Below are positions 12,881-25,644 of a stretch of 64,000 bases of DNA, piece by piece. This DNA is from Felis catus (taxonomy: Eukaryota), in contig NC_058368.1 of assembly GCF_018350175.1 (NCBI RefSeq), forward strand, positions 169,262,001 to 169,326,000. Direction: 5' to 3'. How positions within the stretch are numbered: the first letter of the stretch is position 1; each line of letters opens with the position of its first letter. The position numbers and the translations under genes are program-made. The notes below the pieces were generated by a model. That model made no database searches and had not been told where the DNA came from. It saw only the letters and a program-made list of their open reading frames with translations.

Positions 12881-13677
12881 TATGAAGGCTATGCAGCAAC
12901 ATGGAGATATTGCTTTTGGTCTCATGCTAAATGCCAAAAGAAGAGCAGAAAATTGTATACACACTGTGATGCAACGTTGTGAAACATTATATAAACATGG
13001 ACAATGGCTTGGAAGAAAGCGTATGTCACATGCCACTTGCTTTTGTGTCCAGGAAGCTAAGAGAGTCAGGGAACACACCTGAAAAGAAAAAAAGAAAAAA
13101 AAAGATTGAGTGTGTATGTGTATGGGTGTGTATGCACAATAGTTTTAATTGGACAAGGTAAAGGGGTCAGAAAATTTGAACCCATTTACCAAACACGTAG
13201 AATACATAGGCTCAGACTCACAGACTGTTTTCTATGCAGTTGGGGGATTTTTGGAGTTTTGTTTTTCCCAGTAGTTTGTTTTTTCTTTTTCAAAAGTTCT
13301 TGAAAACTGCTACTTTGTTTTTGTAGTAAAAAGACAGACAAGAATAAGCCATCCACAGAAGCAGAAAGGTTCAGGATTTCAGCCCCTGAGAAGCGCTGAG
13401 CTAGTACAGGCTGAGCAAACGGGGGTCAGTCCCACTCCATTGCCTCTAGGGCAATTGCTAAACTGCCCTCAGTGAAGCCAAGTTTGGATTGAGAGTCCAT
13501 AAGGTCACTGAGCAAACAGCTTTAAAAGGTCATGCTGTCTATTGATAATCAGGGACCTGCAGGAAGGTAAACACACCCTTGTTCCAAGAAGAGAAACATG
13601 TTATCCTAGAAGCCTAGGGATGAACCCTTCCATGACTGTTGAGAAGCTGGCAGTATTTTTTTAAATTTGTGATTGAC

Positions 13678-13881
13678 GGGGCGCCTGGGTGGCTCACTAG
13701 GTTAAGCGACCGACTCTTGATTTCAACTCAGGTTATGATCTTGTGGTTGCTGGGTTTGAGCCCTGCTTTAAGCTCTGCACTATTAGTGCAGAGCTTGCTT
13801 GGGATCCTCTCTGTCTCTCCCTCTCCCTCTGCCCACCTCCCCTGTTCTTTGTCTCAAAATAAATGAACTTAAAAAAAAAAA
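13678..13881 (+). mobile_element. Can-SINE
   Basis: ggggcgcctgggtggctc head, CT tract, A tail. Confidence 0.95.
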
Positions 13882-14578
13882 CTTTGATGGTTTCTTCACC
13901 TGTGCCTCACCATGCCTCATATCTAACAGACTGGCTTCCAGGACTACCCCATTACAGAGTTCTGCTATATGAACTCTCTAATGGGTAAACAACAGAAAAA
14001 GAGATCTACAAATGAAATGAAAATGCAGCTCGGAGAAGTGAGAAATTAAGGATCAGAGGAGGGTCCCTGAAGGAGCTTTCACTGAAATGAGGCCATGAGA
14101 GAATATGAACACCTGGGGAATGGACCAGAGAAAGATATTCTGAATGAATGGAGAATGAATGGAGAGCAAAGACTCAGAGAAAAGATAGTTTAAGGCAAGC
14201 ATTACCATCAAAGCATTATCATCTATTGATGATAATCATAATTATTTAGAGTCTCAAAAAAAATGAGGATGTTAGGTGCCATATCGTCAGTTAACAGATA
14301 TCTGATCCTTGAGCTCTAGTAGCTAATGCTATTCAATAAATATATTCAGGTTTACTTGGAAGAACGACAGATAAAAGCCTTTAAGTACTTTAGCATATGT
14401 AATAGGGTAAATGTTTTGGCTTGTGCTTTGAGAAAGGAAAACTTGAGCATCATTCAGTAGTCCATGATAGTTTAGCTTGGAAGGAACAGAAAGTGAGAGA
14501 CAAACTGGATCATACTCATCAACAGGCTAAGCATGCCCAGGAGTGGCCAGGGCTGAAGAAGAGCTACCCACAAGGGGA

Positions 14579-15057
14579 TGTGGCATCCAGCCTCCCAGAT
14601 GGGCCCAGGGCTCCCTTCCTCCTACTATTCACACCCTTGCCACATTGTACAAGGGTTGGTCTGGGTGACCAATAAAACGGGGCAGAAGTAACAACATGTC
14701 ACTTTGAAGATTAGATTATAGAAGTCAATGTAGCTTCTCCCTTGGTCTCTCCAGCTTTCTTGGATCCTTATTTTGGGAAAAACCGGCTCATGCATCATGA
14801 GCAGTCCTTTGAAAAGATACACATGGTGAGGAACTGAAATCTGCTGATAGGCACATGAGTGAACTTGGAAATGATTCTGCATCCTTACTTAGCAGCTTGA
14901 CTTTGTAAAGACCTCTTGAGAGACCTTGGGCAAGAACCACAAAGCTAAGCTACTCCTGGATTCTTAGCCCTCAGTAATTGTGGGATCATAAATGTTTGTT
15001 GTCGTAAAGTGCTAAATTTTGGGATAATTTGTTACACAACGATAGTTGACTAATACC
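14579..15057 (+). mobile_element. MaLR solo LTR, MLT1F-like
   Basis: tgtggca...gcctcccagatggg...attcacacccttg...gaccaataaaac...ataaatgtttgttgt...ttttgggataatttgttacac...actaatac. Confidence 0.85.
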
Positions 15058-15258
15058 AGAGGAATGATGGACACTGTAGGCTCCTACAGGGAGGACATGC
15101 ATGGAAATCATCTGACAGGAACCCACAAGGCCACAGAGCAGAGCATGATTTAGGAAGTCCATAGAAGCATGGAGAAGCAGTGGTTCTACAGCAAGGCCTC
15201 CATACTTGCTTGTGATAATGGATGAACTTATGTACCCTAACTTCCCTTATGAACCTCT

Positions 15259-15490
15259 GTTTTAAAATTTTTTTTTAACATTTATTTATTTTTGAGAGAG
15301 GCAGAGACAGAGTGCCAGCTGGGGAGGGACAGAGAGAGAGAGAGAGAGAGAGGGAGACACAGAATCAGAAGCAGGCTCCAGGCTCTGAGCTGTTAGCACA
15401 GGGCCGAACGCACTATCGAACTCATGAGCCGCGAGATCGTGACCTGAGCTGAAGTTGGCCGCTTAACCAACAGAGCCACCCAGGCACCCC
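15259..15490 (-). mobile_element. Can-SINE (SINEC_Fc type)
   Basis: Full antisense body; perfect 16-bp TSD tcccttatgaacctct at 15243 and 15491. Confidence 0.97.
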
Positions 15491-15799
15491 TCCCTTATGA
15501 ACCTCTTAACCAAAGGCCTACCCTGGATCTTCTGGCAGATTTTAAGGAGTGTCAGTTTTCTGTTGTTTTATCTTCTTGATTGCAAACCCAAAGTCATGTG
15601 ACCTCAGAGATTCATACCCTTGAGCATCTATCCTTGACAGTAGCATCCCTGGAGGCAGGTGTGCAAGTGGCTCACCCTAGTGGGCAGTGCTCTGAAGTGA
15701 ATCCTGACTACTTTATCTGAACGCCATTGGCCTTTGACAAATCTAGAGGTTCTCACTGGTGGTTCTGGAACGCCAATAAGGACTCAGACTTCCTTTTCA

Positions 15800-16040
15800 T
15801 ACCTAATATTTAGCATAGCTAACATTTTAAATGGCTGCACTACTGCCCCTCTGCTAAACATTTCATATACATTTTGTTATTAATCCTTATGACATCTTGT
15901 TTCATATTGTTGTAATTCTCGTTTTAGACATGAGGAAACTGAGGCAAAGAAAGGTTCTACATTGTCCAGGACCATCCAGCTCTTAAGTGGATCTGATTGA
16001 TCGGTCTGATGTCATTGCCCATGTTCTAAACTACCATGCT
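15800..16040 (-). mobile_element. MIR
   Basis: cgttttagacatgaggaaactgaggcaaagaaagg is the antisense MIR core. Confidence 0.8.
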
Positions 16041-17240
16041 GTAAATACTGGAAGAGGAAGTTTCCATCTGTAGAGGTGCTACTTCAAGATATGCAACATA
16101 TTTTGGAAGACGTTTCATTCCTCACACAGAACCCCTCATTCTTTCTGATTGATTGCAATATTCAACAAAGCATCCTAGAATTCACCTTTATCAATACCAC
16201 AGCTTAACACATTCTACTAAAAGAGAATGGTAAGTGCTTCATTAAAAAAAATAAGTGGGGAGAAAAATGGTTTTCTTATCAATGTCCAAATTTCTTACAC
16301 CTCATTTAAAATTACACACTTTGCTATACTTCTTCATGCTCTCTCCCACTGCTGTTGGCTTTATGATAGAATACTTTAATTTGCTCCACATATAATATCT
16401 TTGCACCACTGTTTTCTGTAATTTATACCACATGCTGTCCACTTTCTTGTACTATTTTATTCAGTAAAGCACTTTGGATATCAGTTTATATGAAAGATGT
16501 TATTTGAAATGAAGTTGTACTGCAAGCTACATTATTATAATTTCCTTCTTGCTTTGGTCCTGCTTCATCTTACACAGTTGCCTGATGTTTGATGCAGTGC
16601 TGAAATTTAAATGGAACCAGTGTTTGGAATTGATGCTCATGTATTACTTATTTAATCTGCTGCCAGAGTGATCCACTATTGAGTTCTTTGTTTTCAATAT
16701 CTTCCCAGGCCTGCTCTGACATTCATCTTACTTGTTTCATGGAGAAGAATCTGTACAATGTGCACTGTTACAAGTATAAGTGGATGTTATTTTGGCTTTG
16801 GGAAAATGGCATAGGATACAACTAAATAACACTGAACAATTACGGGTAATAGAGAAGTTTGTCAGACGTCAATCATTCAGGGATAATTGCCTTAGTCCTC
16901 TGTTTCTGTTCTTTTTCCATTCTGTCCTTTTGTATTTCATTCATTCCAGTGTTTTACTTTAGTATTTTGGGAAATTAGACACAGAGGAAGAAAAATTTGA
17001 ACTGGCCACTTGAATGACTTTTTGGCAGCTCTTGATAAAGACACAACAACAACAAAAAAGAAAGATCACTTTGAAGACAAAAGTGAAGGTGGTGCCTAAA
17101 ATTTGCACGCTTTCTTAGATTTGTAATTCTCTGGATTTGAGTATACATATTAATCATATTTCAGGTACTGAATAAATATTGCCTAACTATTTTACTAGGA
17201 GGGCTACAATGATAATGAATAACAATAAAGATACCAATAC

Positions 17241-17430
17241 GGGGCGCCTGGGTGGCTCAGTAGGTTAAGCATCCAACTCTTGATTTCAGATTAGGTCATG
17301 GCTCAGTTTGTGAGTTTGGGGGCCGTGTCAGGCTCTGCGCTGACAGCACAAAGAGTGCTTGGAATTCTCTCTCTCTCTCTGCCCTTCCCCTGCTCATGCT
17401 CTTTCTCTCAAAATAAATAAAATTTTAAAA
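17241..17430 (+). mobile_element. Can-SINE
   Basis: ggggcgcctgggtggctcag head; TSD-like aaagataMcaata on both sides. Confidence 0.95.
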
Positions 17431-17949
17431 AAGATAACAATAATGTTATTATTTACAGAAAAAAGACATTGTCTTTTTTGGTAGAAAAGAGATGTGCTAA
17501 TAAGGTAGATAGCAGACAAGATTTTTCTGGGTTATCATTCTTCTGTTTCCTTGCTCCAGTCTCTAGGTGTTTAAACCGATCCTGCGGTTTAAAGCTTAAA
17601 GCCCCCTCTCTACTACTCTGACTCTCAGAACACTTTGTCTGTGGTGCTTTTCTGGCAGCGGATGTTTATAGATTATGCCCAAACCAGAGGATGCACTTTT
17701 TGAGGATTCAGAGAGGTTTTCGTTATTTTTTGCTCTTTACACCCCACTTGTAGAAAGGAAATGACAGAAAGTACTTTCATAACTAGATTTTAATTTTATT
17801 TTTTTATTCCAAATATTATACAATTTATTAGTAAAATACTATAGATGCAAATAACTCTAGAGTCTCCCAGTCTTTAAAGTCAGGCCAGACAGAACTGGAG
17901 GAAATCTTAGATGGTATGTAACCCAAACTGAGATTTTGACATTTCGTGA

Positions 17950-18150
17950 TAAGGTGGTGGCTTAGAGGTCTTGAATGGAGACCTGCATCCAACATTTACT
18001 GTCAGCGTGATCTTGGGCCATTTATCAACACGAAATTTAAATGTACTCTATTAAAAAAATAGACATGTTTTCCTTACACAATTGCTATGAATAGGAAATG
18101 AGGTGATGGATGCAAAGTGCTTTGTAAAACTGTAAGTGCTCTATCAATGT
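17950..18150 (+). mobile_element. MIR fragment
   Basis: catttactgtcagcgtgatcttgggcca...aaatgaggtgatggatgcaaagtgctttgtaaaactgtaagtgctct. Confidence 0.65.
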
Positions 18151-20139
18151 TAGTTCAGGAAACTACTGCTTCAAGAAGGTAGGGACTACTCCCAGGCGTA
18201 TATGCCAGTCGGTGGCAGAGCCAGATTTCTGTTGGTGGTACCGCGTAATTAAATAAGAACTAAATTTGGACTGAGGAGGAAGATGCATTTCAAGCAAATT
18301 GTAGTTTTGCTTGGAACATGCCCAGAAATTCCTTGTCAACAATTCGAGAGTTTTGAAAAATAAGACTGAACTCAAGGTACTGTTACTCTTTAGCCTAGCT
18401 TGTTAGCGATATGGAGAATGGAGACGATAGCGTACACAGAGCATTGTAACTATGAAAGCAGGTAATGTGTATAAAGGTATTTTGGTAAACAGTAAGGAGC
18501 TATGTAAATGTCATTATCACTGTCTCCTGCTTCCTCCATGTAACTTTATATTGCCTTTCTCACATCAGGAAGAAGAAAAACAATTCTCATGCATATTGCA
18601 CATTAAGTCACTGGAATAGCCTAGTATAAAAGTTTTGGGGAAATAACATGATTTTTTTTTCCATCATGATGAGCCCATTCAATCTTCCTTTCATGATACC
18701 CATTTCATGTTTCAAAAATTCTTTATTTTAGTCTTTTATTTTTCTCTCAAAGACCATTGCTATATATTTGTTATTATGTTTTGGTCCTGCCCTGTCTCCT
18801 ACTGTTAATCATTTTGTCTGTTTCCTATCATCAATCTGTAGCATATACTCTTTTTTTCTCCTACCACCTGAGGAACTGTTTCCCTCCCTCCACACCCACT
18901 GATCTTGTGGTATCTTATAAGTAAGTGTTATGAATTAAAACAAATTATTTTAGGACTTCTGCAGTTGTTCCTTTGGGAAAATGGCTGAGATTCTGAAACT
19001 TGTGTTTCTCTTTAAGAGAATGACTATAAAAGAAAACCATCCTGGATCGTAACTCTTACTCCTCCCCAATTTATGGAGCTCCCTCTGCAGAAGGAAAGAA
19101 TCCATAAAGAATCTCAAATAAACACCTAATAAAAGAAATTTAGCTCACATTAAAATACTAGAATACCAGATGGTGGAGTTTAAGTATTATTCAACTACTG
19201 TTTATCCTACCCAGTGCTCATTTTAAATTCAACATTTTTGAGAATTATTCATGGAGCCACGGTTGTATTTCATGTAGATAACAAGCTTAGTTTGGAGTGA
19301 ATTACCAGAATGCACCCATAATTTCCATACTTCCTTGGTTATTGTTAATTTGGATTGCAACTATTAGTTAAAGTTGAGAGGCTTTCGAAAGCAAATTGAC
19401 ATCAAGCTATCGTGGACAATAATTTGTTCAGCAATCTGCGGGGAGGGCAAATCATTAAATTTTACAGGGTGGAGGAACTCACCAAAGAATGTGATGTTCC
19501 ATCTGCCAAAGCTGAAAAACACAACTGTTTGATGAGTGTGCTTCTTCCTCTGTAGCAGCCTGCCCACTGAGCAGGCAATTATTCTTGCTTTTATCTAATG
19601 GCTGTGGCGTAACTTTTAAGTGAATGCAAAATGCAATTTCATCTTCCAACACCTCCCCATGTGAATGGATAAAAGATCAACAGAGCTGTCTCTAACATAG
19701 CACACTTCCCTATGAAAAGTCAAAGGTCCCTTTGAATTGATCACTAGGACACACATGGCAGGTGTAGATTACTGGGCTCCTCCCATCTCTGATTCCCACC
19801 ATACATTTGTATTTTATTCACACTGTGTTAGGGAAAATGACAAGCTTTTCTGCTCCAAGTCATTAAAAAAATATACTAGGAGACCTTTTAAAAGAAAAAC
19901 ATCCATTCCAATGCTAAAAGGTAATGCTTTGACAGCTTAAAGAGTTTTCACCCCATATTTAAAATTAATCTTTGAACAGCAAAAAAAAGTTAAATTCAAT
20001 ATGACACATCTCCAATGCCTACAAAAGCTTTTACATGGAAAAACAGGGCTTGAAAATCTCTTTCTGATTTTATTGTTGACTTTTCCAAATTGAGAGCAAC
20101 AGAAATTGAAAGGACTTTGCTAACAATCACCCTACAAGT

Positions 20140-20330
20140 CACCATTATTGCTTCCTACTGCTGAGCACGTACTGTTTGCCGGTGTATGATGCTGGGAGTT
20201 TTGCACCCATGATCTCATTTAACTCCTCCCATGACCCTGCAAGGGATTCCCCCTTCACATATCAGGAAACACCTTACAGAGGTTCCAACTTGACATTGTC
20301 TGACTTCAGGGATCATGCTTTTTTTCTACA
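20140..20330 (-). mobile_element. MIR fragment
   Basis: tgagcacgtactgtttgccgg...atctcatttaactcctcccatgaccctgcaagg...aggaaac. Confidence 0.65.
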
Positions 20331-20667
20331 GCAGCATACTTTCTCCTTGAGCATAGTAGATGTGAAAATATATATGAATGTTGATACTTTAATTTATTAA
20401 AAGTGACATCACAGAGGAAAGCACACTTTGTTTTTCAAAACACCTAATGAAAAGTTTACCTACGGTGCACCTTTATGCCCAATCCCTCTCCTGTACCATT
20501 TGCAAACTGATGCAGGTGCGATTTGCAACACTATATGGGGAGCATGTAAATACTAACACACTCCCATGGAAAATCATATACCTTATGTCCTCATTGAATG
20601 GCTCCTGAAGTTCTAAGCTTAAAGTTCCTCATTTGTAAGACAAATAATGACAGTACCTACATCATGG

Positions 20668-21414
20668 TGGAATGTAATTCTCCATGAGTGTCCTGCATTT
20701 CTGTGTGTCTTGCCAGCAGAGGCACTGCCTGCCTTTGTTCTGGCCTGTTTGTTCAAGGATGTTTGTATAGTAAATAGCCTCAGAAGACAGTGGTAGTGTC
20801 CCCCTCTGGAGCAAAGGGTGGCATGGTTACTGTTTATTTATTTATTTTTATTTATTTATTTGATTACTGTTTATTTTTAAATATTCCGTTTCCCTGGAGT
20901 GCAAGGGTGACTCAGTTGCTTAGGCTTCAGACTTGATTTTGGCTCAGGTCATGATATCATGGAGTTCATAATCGTGAGATGGAGCGCTTTGTCGGGTTCC
21001 ATGCTGATAGCGTGGAGCCTGCTTGGGATTCTCTCTCTCTCCTTCTCTCTCTAACCTCCCCTGCTCTCTCTCTCTCTCTCTCTGTCTCTATCTCTCTCTC
21101 TCTCTTTCAAAATAAATAAATAAACATTTTAAAAAATATTCACTTTCCCTAAATTCAGGCTCCTCTCCTGTAATGCAACCCACTGTGTGCACATGTAATC
21201 TGACCGTCTTTCTGCTGTCCCATGGGAATTAGGGCTTAGAGAATTGGCCCAAGAAAATGCTGATATTCTCTGGTTACTACTACTTCTATGGGTAATAAAG
21301 CCCTTTGTCTCTGACCCAAGAGTCTTATGTCTTCTGTCAGCATCCATAAAACTGGCAGGCCATCTTGTTAGCTTACAAGTAGGGTGACATTTCAAAGCCT
21401 TCACAATTCTTGAT
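20668..21414 (+). mobile_element. ERVL solo LTR, MER76-like, containing a SINE
   Basis: gtaattctccatg...cagaggcactg...cctctggagcaaaggg...aataaagccctttgtctctgacccaagagtc; family name from memory. Confidence 0.65.
20896..21133 (+). mobile_element. Can-SINE nested in the LTR
   Basis: Diverged head, long CT tract, A tail; 17-bp TSD aaatattc(cg/ac)tttccct at 20879 and 21134. Confidence 0.92.
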
Positions 21415-22119
21415 ACCTTATAAAGCTGTAATTAACGAACAATTAAATGAGATAATATGTGTAAAAAAATGTAGTGACTGGCACATAGAAAGTACTAAAT
21501 ATGTATTAGATATTGATGCTACTACTGACTCAGAAAAAAGCAGTACATAATTGGTTCATTAATAACATAGATATTTTGATATTTTATATACATTTCAAAT
21601 TGCTTTTTCATGTGATAAACTGATAGTAACATTCCTTTTTATATGCTGTAGTTAATTCATTTGGGACTCGTGGAGGGTCAAGTCAATTCTGCCAAGACAG
21701 GATTCATGAATTTTTCACCTCTTATGGCTGGGGCAGTTGGTACAGAATTAATTCTGAAGAAATATTTTACAGTGTGAATGGAACCTAGGTCTTGCAATGT
21801 TAATAACTGAATGTTGGGAGAAAATCAACAAACCAATTATACAAGAGGCATTCAGCAGTCTGCCAAAGTTTAGTGATAAAAAAAACCCCAAAGCTCATGG
21901 TTCTTTATGTACATGATCTGAGGAACCCTGGAAATATGATTTTTAAACCATCAGTGAACCATGTAACTTACTGGTACAAAAATGAGTTAAGAAATACAAG
22001 TGATAATGTAGCTCTGATAACTATGGAATCTGTCTGGAATTCCTTCTGTTTCTCTTCACAATTTATTTCTTAATTTTAGCACTGCCCTTGAAAAGAGGAA
22101 GGTTGTTGTTGCTGTCGTC

Positions 22120-22120
<1 letters not shown>

Positions 22121-22157
<37 letters not shown>
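22121..22157. repeat. (GT)n microsatellite
   Basis: Direct reading. Confidence 0.97.
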
Positions 22158-22160
<3 letters not shown>

Positions 22161-22419
22161 AGTACGAATGGCAAATTGTTTGACTCCTTATTCCCTTTTT
22201 ATGGTACCTCTGGTTTTACATGTTATGTCTTTAGCAATTTGAAGATTCTCTACTTTAGGATTATCATAAGAGCCACCAATTACTTACGGCTTTTAGAGTC
22301 ACTGGTAGAGTTCTCCTCTCTGTGGGGTATGTTTTCTTCAAAAGTGAGCTGTTTAGGGGGTGAAATTTAAGGAGAAAGAGGACATTTGAATAATTTCAAA
22401 GTATCTCTTACTAAAAGTA

Positions 22420-23230
22420 AATGAAGACTTAATTACAAGGGGAAAAATAGGTGATCTGTGGTGTGGACATCTGGCAGACACAGGCTTAACCAAGATTACC
22501 ATCACCAATATGACATATCCACATCATGTACCTTCTATCATGGTAAAGTGAGTATGGGCACGTCACTTTTCTGGTATTCTTTCTAATAATGCATAATCTC
22601 AGTCTAACAATGAGAAAACATTAAACAGGGGCGCCTTGGTGGCTCAGTTGGTTAAGCGTCTGATTTTGGCTCAGGTCATAATCTCACAGTTAGTGAGTTT
22701 GAGCGCTGCGTTGGACTCTCTGCTGTCAGCATAGAGCCTGGAGCCTGCTTCAGATCCTCTGTCCCCCTCGCCCTCTAACCCTCCCTTGCTCATGCATTTT
22801 CTCTCTCAAAAATAAATAAAATATTAAAAAAAGAAAACATTAAACAAACCTAACTTGAGGAACATTCTACAAGATAATTGATCCATACTCTTCAAAAGCC
22901 TCAAGGTAATGAAAGACAACAAAAGACAGAGGAAGTGTTAAAGATTGGAGCAGACTAAGGATACATGACAAACGGTACAGTGTGGAAACTGAATTAGATC
23001 CTGGGACATAAAAAAGACATTAGTAGAAAAACTGCTGTAATGTGAATAAAGTCTGTAGTTCATTGCATTGTATCAATGGTAATTTCTTAGTTTAGAGATA
23101 AGCACTCTTATCTCTTTGGTTATGTAAGGTGTTAACATTAAGGGAAGCTAAGTGAAGTGTACATGGGAACTCTATGCGTTATTTGTCAACTCTTTTAGAA
23201 GCCTAAAAATTATCTTAAAATGAAAACGAG
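22420..23230 (+). mobile_element. L1MC-type (L1MC3/4-like) 3' UTR, interrupted by a SINE
   Basis: catctggcagacac...cttaaccaag...ttgaggaacattctacaa...ctcttcaaaa...gatcctggga...aaagacattagt...gttaacattaagggaagc...gggaactctatg. Confidence 0.8.
22628..22831 (+). mobile_element. Can-SINE (SINEC_Fc type)
   Basis: Full body; perfect 15-bp TSD agaaaacattaaaca at 22613 and 22832. Confidence 0.97.
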
Positions 23231-24130
23231 TTTTTAAAAAAAGAAAAAAGTGAGTTATTTATTAGCTCTTGTGATAAAACCCTGGTTTTATTTCCCATGC
23301 TAGGAAATAAGGCGAAAAGGTGAAAAATATAACAGATTATTCTTCATAAGCAAAAACAATTATGTAATGCAGACACAGGATAAAGTGAGGCCATTTATGG
23401 AAGACATTCAGCAAAATGGAATCCACTTTGTTTTGTTCTCTTTTAATGTGTAGGTGGGTGTACAGACATACTCTGTCTCCCCAAATAGATTTTAGGACCT
23501 CCTACTCTATTTTCTCACTGTCTGGTTCAGATTTTGATACATACTAGATGTTCAAAAAATGTTTGTTTTGGTTGTTGAGAATGATAATCAAGTGTCCTCT
23601 GCAAGCTCAGATTATGTGCATTTTTTTTCTGAGTGCTAAATATCTGATCTATAGACTTTCCAGTTGCATATTCAATTTAAGGTCTGAGCTAACAATTTTT
23701 CTACGTAAGCTCGGAAAAATTTTTTTTCTTTTACTTTCAATTCGTAATTTCTTTCAGCATCACCAGTACATACAGTTAAAGAGAATTGCATAACACAGTT
23801 TTTTTTTACCTACTGACAAGAAAAATGTTTCATTTACACTACTCAATTATTCTGAATGTGCATGCTAATGAATTAGGGGTTGAAAGGGATAGGTGGGGTT
23901 TTTATGTTTATAGTGACATTTTTGAAAGACTGGGAAAAATACTATATTGATGTTCATACAAAGGAATTCTCATTCTGCTACCATCTCCTCCTTCAGATGT
24001 ATTTTTCTCTTGAAACTTCAATACAGTTTTTCATCATTTCTCATCAGAAGATATATTTTAAGGATGTTCTGTCCATGTCACTACAACAGAGATGGACAAA
24101 GACACGTGGCCCCTGACTTCAGGATTTCCA

Positions 24131-24187
24131 ATTTTTTTAAACTTTTTAATTTTAATTTTTATCTTAAATGTTTGTTTATTTATTTAT

Positions 24188-24239
<52 letters not shown>

Positions 24240-24406
24240 AGGGGAAGAGGGGCAGAGGGAGAGAGAGAGAGAGAGAGAATCCCAAGTAGGCTATGTGCTG
24301 TCAGTGCAGAGCCCAATGTGGGGCTCAATTCCATGAACTGTGAGAACATGACCTGAGCCAAAATCAAGAGTCTGACTCTTAACCAACTGAGCCACCCAGG
24401 TACCCC
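24131..24406 (-). mobile_element. Can-SINE with expanded (GA)n tract
   Basis: Antisense body ending gccacccaggtacccc; (GA)n at ~24191-24233; flanking acttcagg repeat. Confidence 0.95.
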
Positions 24407-24724
24407 AACTTCAGGTTATTTTATAATTGAAACTCTTCAGTGTCCCACCAGATACCTCAGCCTCTTCTTCTGAGACTGTAAGTGTGTAACATCTCCTGCA
24501 TCAATCTGTCACTGATATCTAAAATTTCACCGCTCAAATTTCATTTGGTGGTTGCCTCCTATTCAAATCCAACCAAATCTTTAAAAGGTAATATACTGTA
24601 ATTATATTATTAAATTCCTTCCAACATGGTAGCAGGTAAAAAGTCAATTTGAACAGGAGGAACTCAGAGAAGAGGGGGCAAAAAGATGCAAATAGTATGT
24701 TAAAAAGGATATGTTAAAAGGGGT

Positions 24725-24930
24725 TTCAGAATTAATAAGACCCAAGATTACATTTGGCTTTTCCATTTACTAACTGGTTAACTTTAGATACATTGCTTCC
24801 TTTCTTTTAGCTCAGTTCCTTCATTTGTGAAAGTGGCAGTTAGCTCACCTCCCTGGAATCTTGTTGGATTTAAATGAGCTAAGAAATGTGAAAACACCTA
24901 GAACGGTACTCAAATTGGAGTAGGTGACGA
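24725..24930 (+). mobile_element. MIR
   Basis: ccatttactaactgg...ctcagttccttcatttgtgaaagtgg...ggatttaaatgagc. Confidence 0.7.
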
Positions 24931-25400
24931 AGGATCTCTATTTTTTTTAACTGAAGACACACTTCGTCCTCTCCATAATTTTGACTACAAAACCAAAATT
25001 TTACTAACTCTCAACACTATCGATGGAAGCTTAAATACAGGACCAGAGGCATCCTTCAAGCCCATCTCTTCACAAGTTTGTCTTAGAGACCGAGTTCTGA
25101 ATATGCAGCCTGCCATTGCTCTGTCTATGCAGAAAACAAGTAAAACAGTTGCTCTCTCCTTCCCACAAGGTGTGAGCTCATTTTCTTACATCAGCCCTCT
25201 AGGCTGGCTTGACGTGGAAGGCTGTCAAGTTGGCTGATGGAAAGAATTTACCAATGACAGAAGAAAGTCTGTGTCACCCAGCACTGAGGGAGGAGTCCCA
25301 GGTGAATCACGAAGGATGCCCACAGTTGGAGAGGCCAGGCAAGCACTTCCCAGAGGCTAAACAGATTTATGGGAAGTAGAGTCCTATTTCCAGTGTCTTT

Positions 25401-25473
25401 TTTTAAAGTTTATTTATTTATTTTGAGAGACAGAGGGAGAAGGTGTGCTCCCATTAGTGGGAGAGAGGAATAC

Positions 25474-25523
<50 letters not shown>

Positions 25524-25644
25524 TTAAGCAGGCTCCACGCTCAGCACAGAGTCTGACACGGGGCTCAGTCTCACTAATTGTGAGATCATGACCTGTCAAA
25601 ATTAAGAGTCGAAAGCTTAACCAACTGAGCCACCCAGGCACCCC
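25401..25644 (-). mobile_element. Can-SINE with expanded (GA)n tract
   Basis: Antisense body; perfect 13-bp TSD ttccagtgtcttt at 25388 and 25645. Confidence 0.96.

Larger units (their letters stand above)
20610..21520 (+). mobile_element. MIR split by an LTR insertion (pieces ~20610-20667 and ~21415-21520)
   Basis: agttcctcatttgtaag...cagtacctacatcat before the LTR; attaaatgagataatatgtgtaaaa...ctggcacatagaaagtact after it. Confidence 0.7.

Noticed and set aside
16220..16240. Consensus donor ATG|GTAAGT (others near 18920, 29295, 60093)
   Set aside because: No convincing acceptor or reading frame upstream; isolated donors are common by chance.
18314..18323. p53 half-site GAACATGCCC (also AAGCATGCCC at ~14529)
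   Set aside because: No adjacent second half-site.
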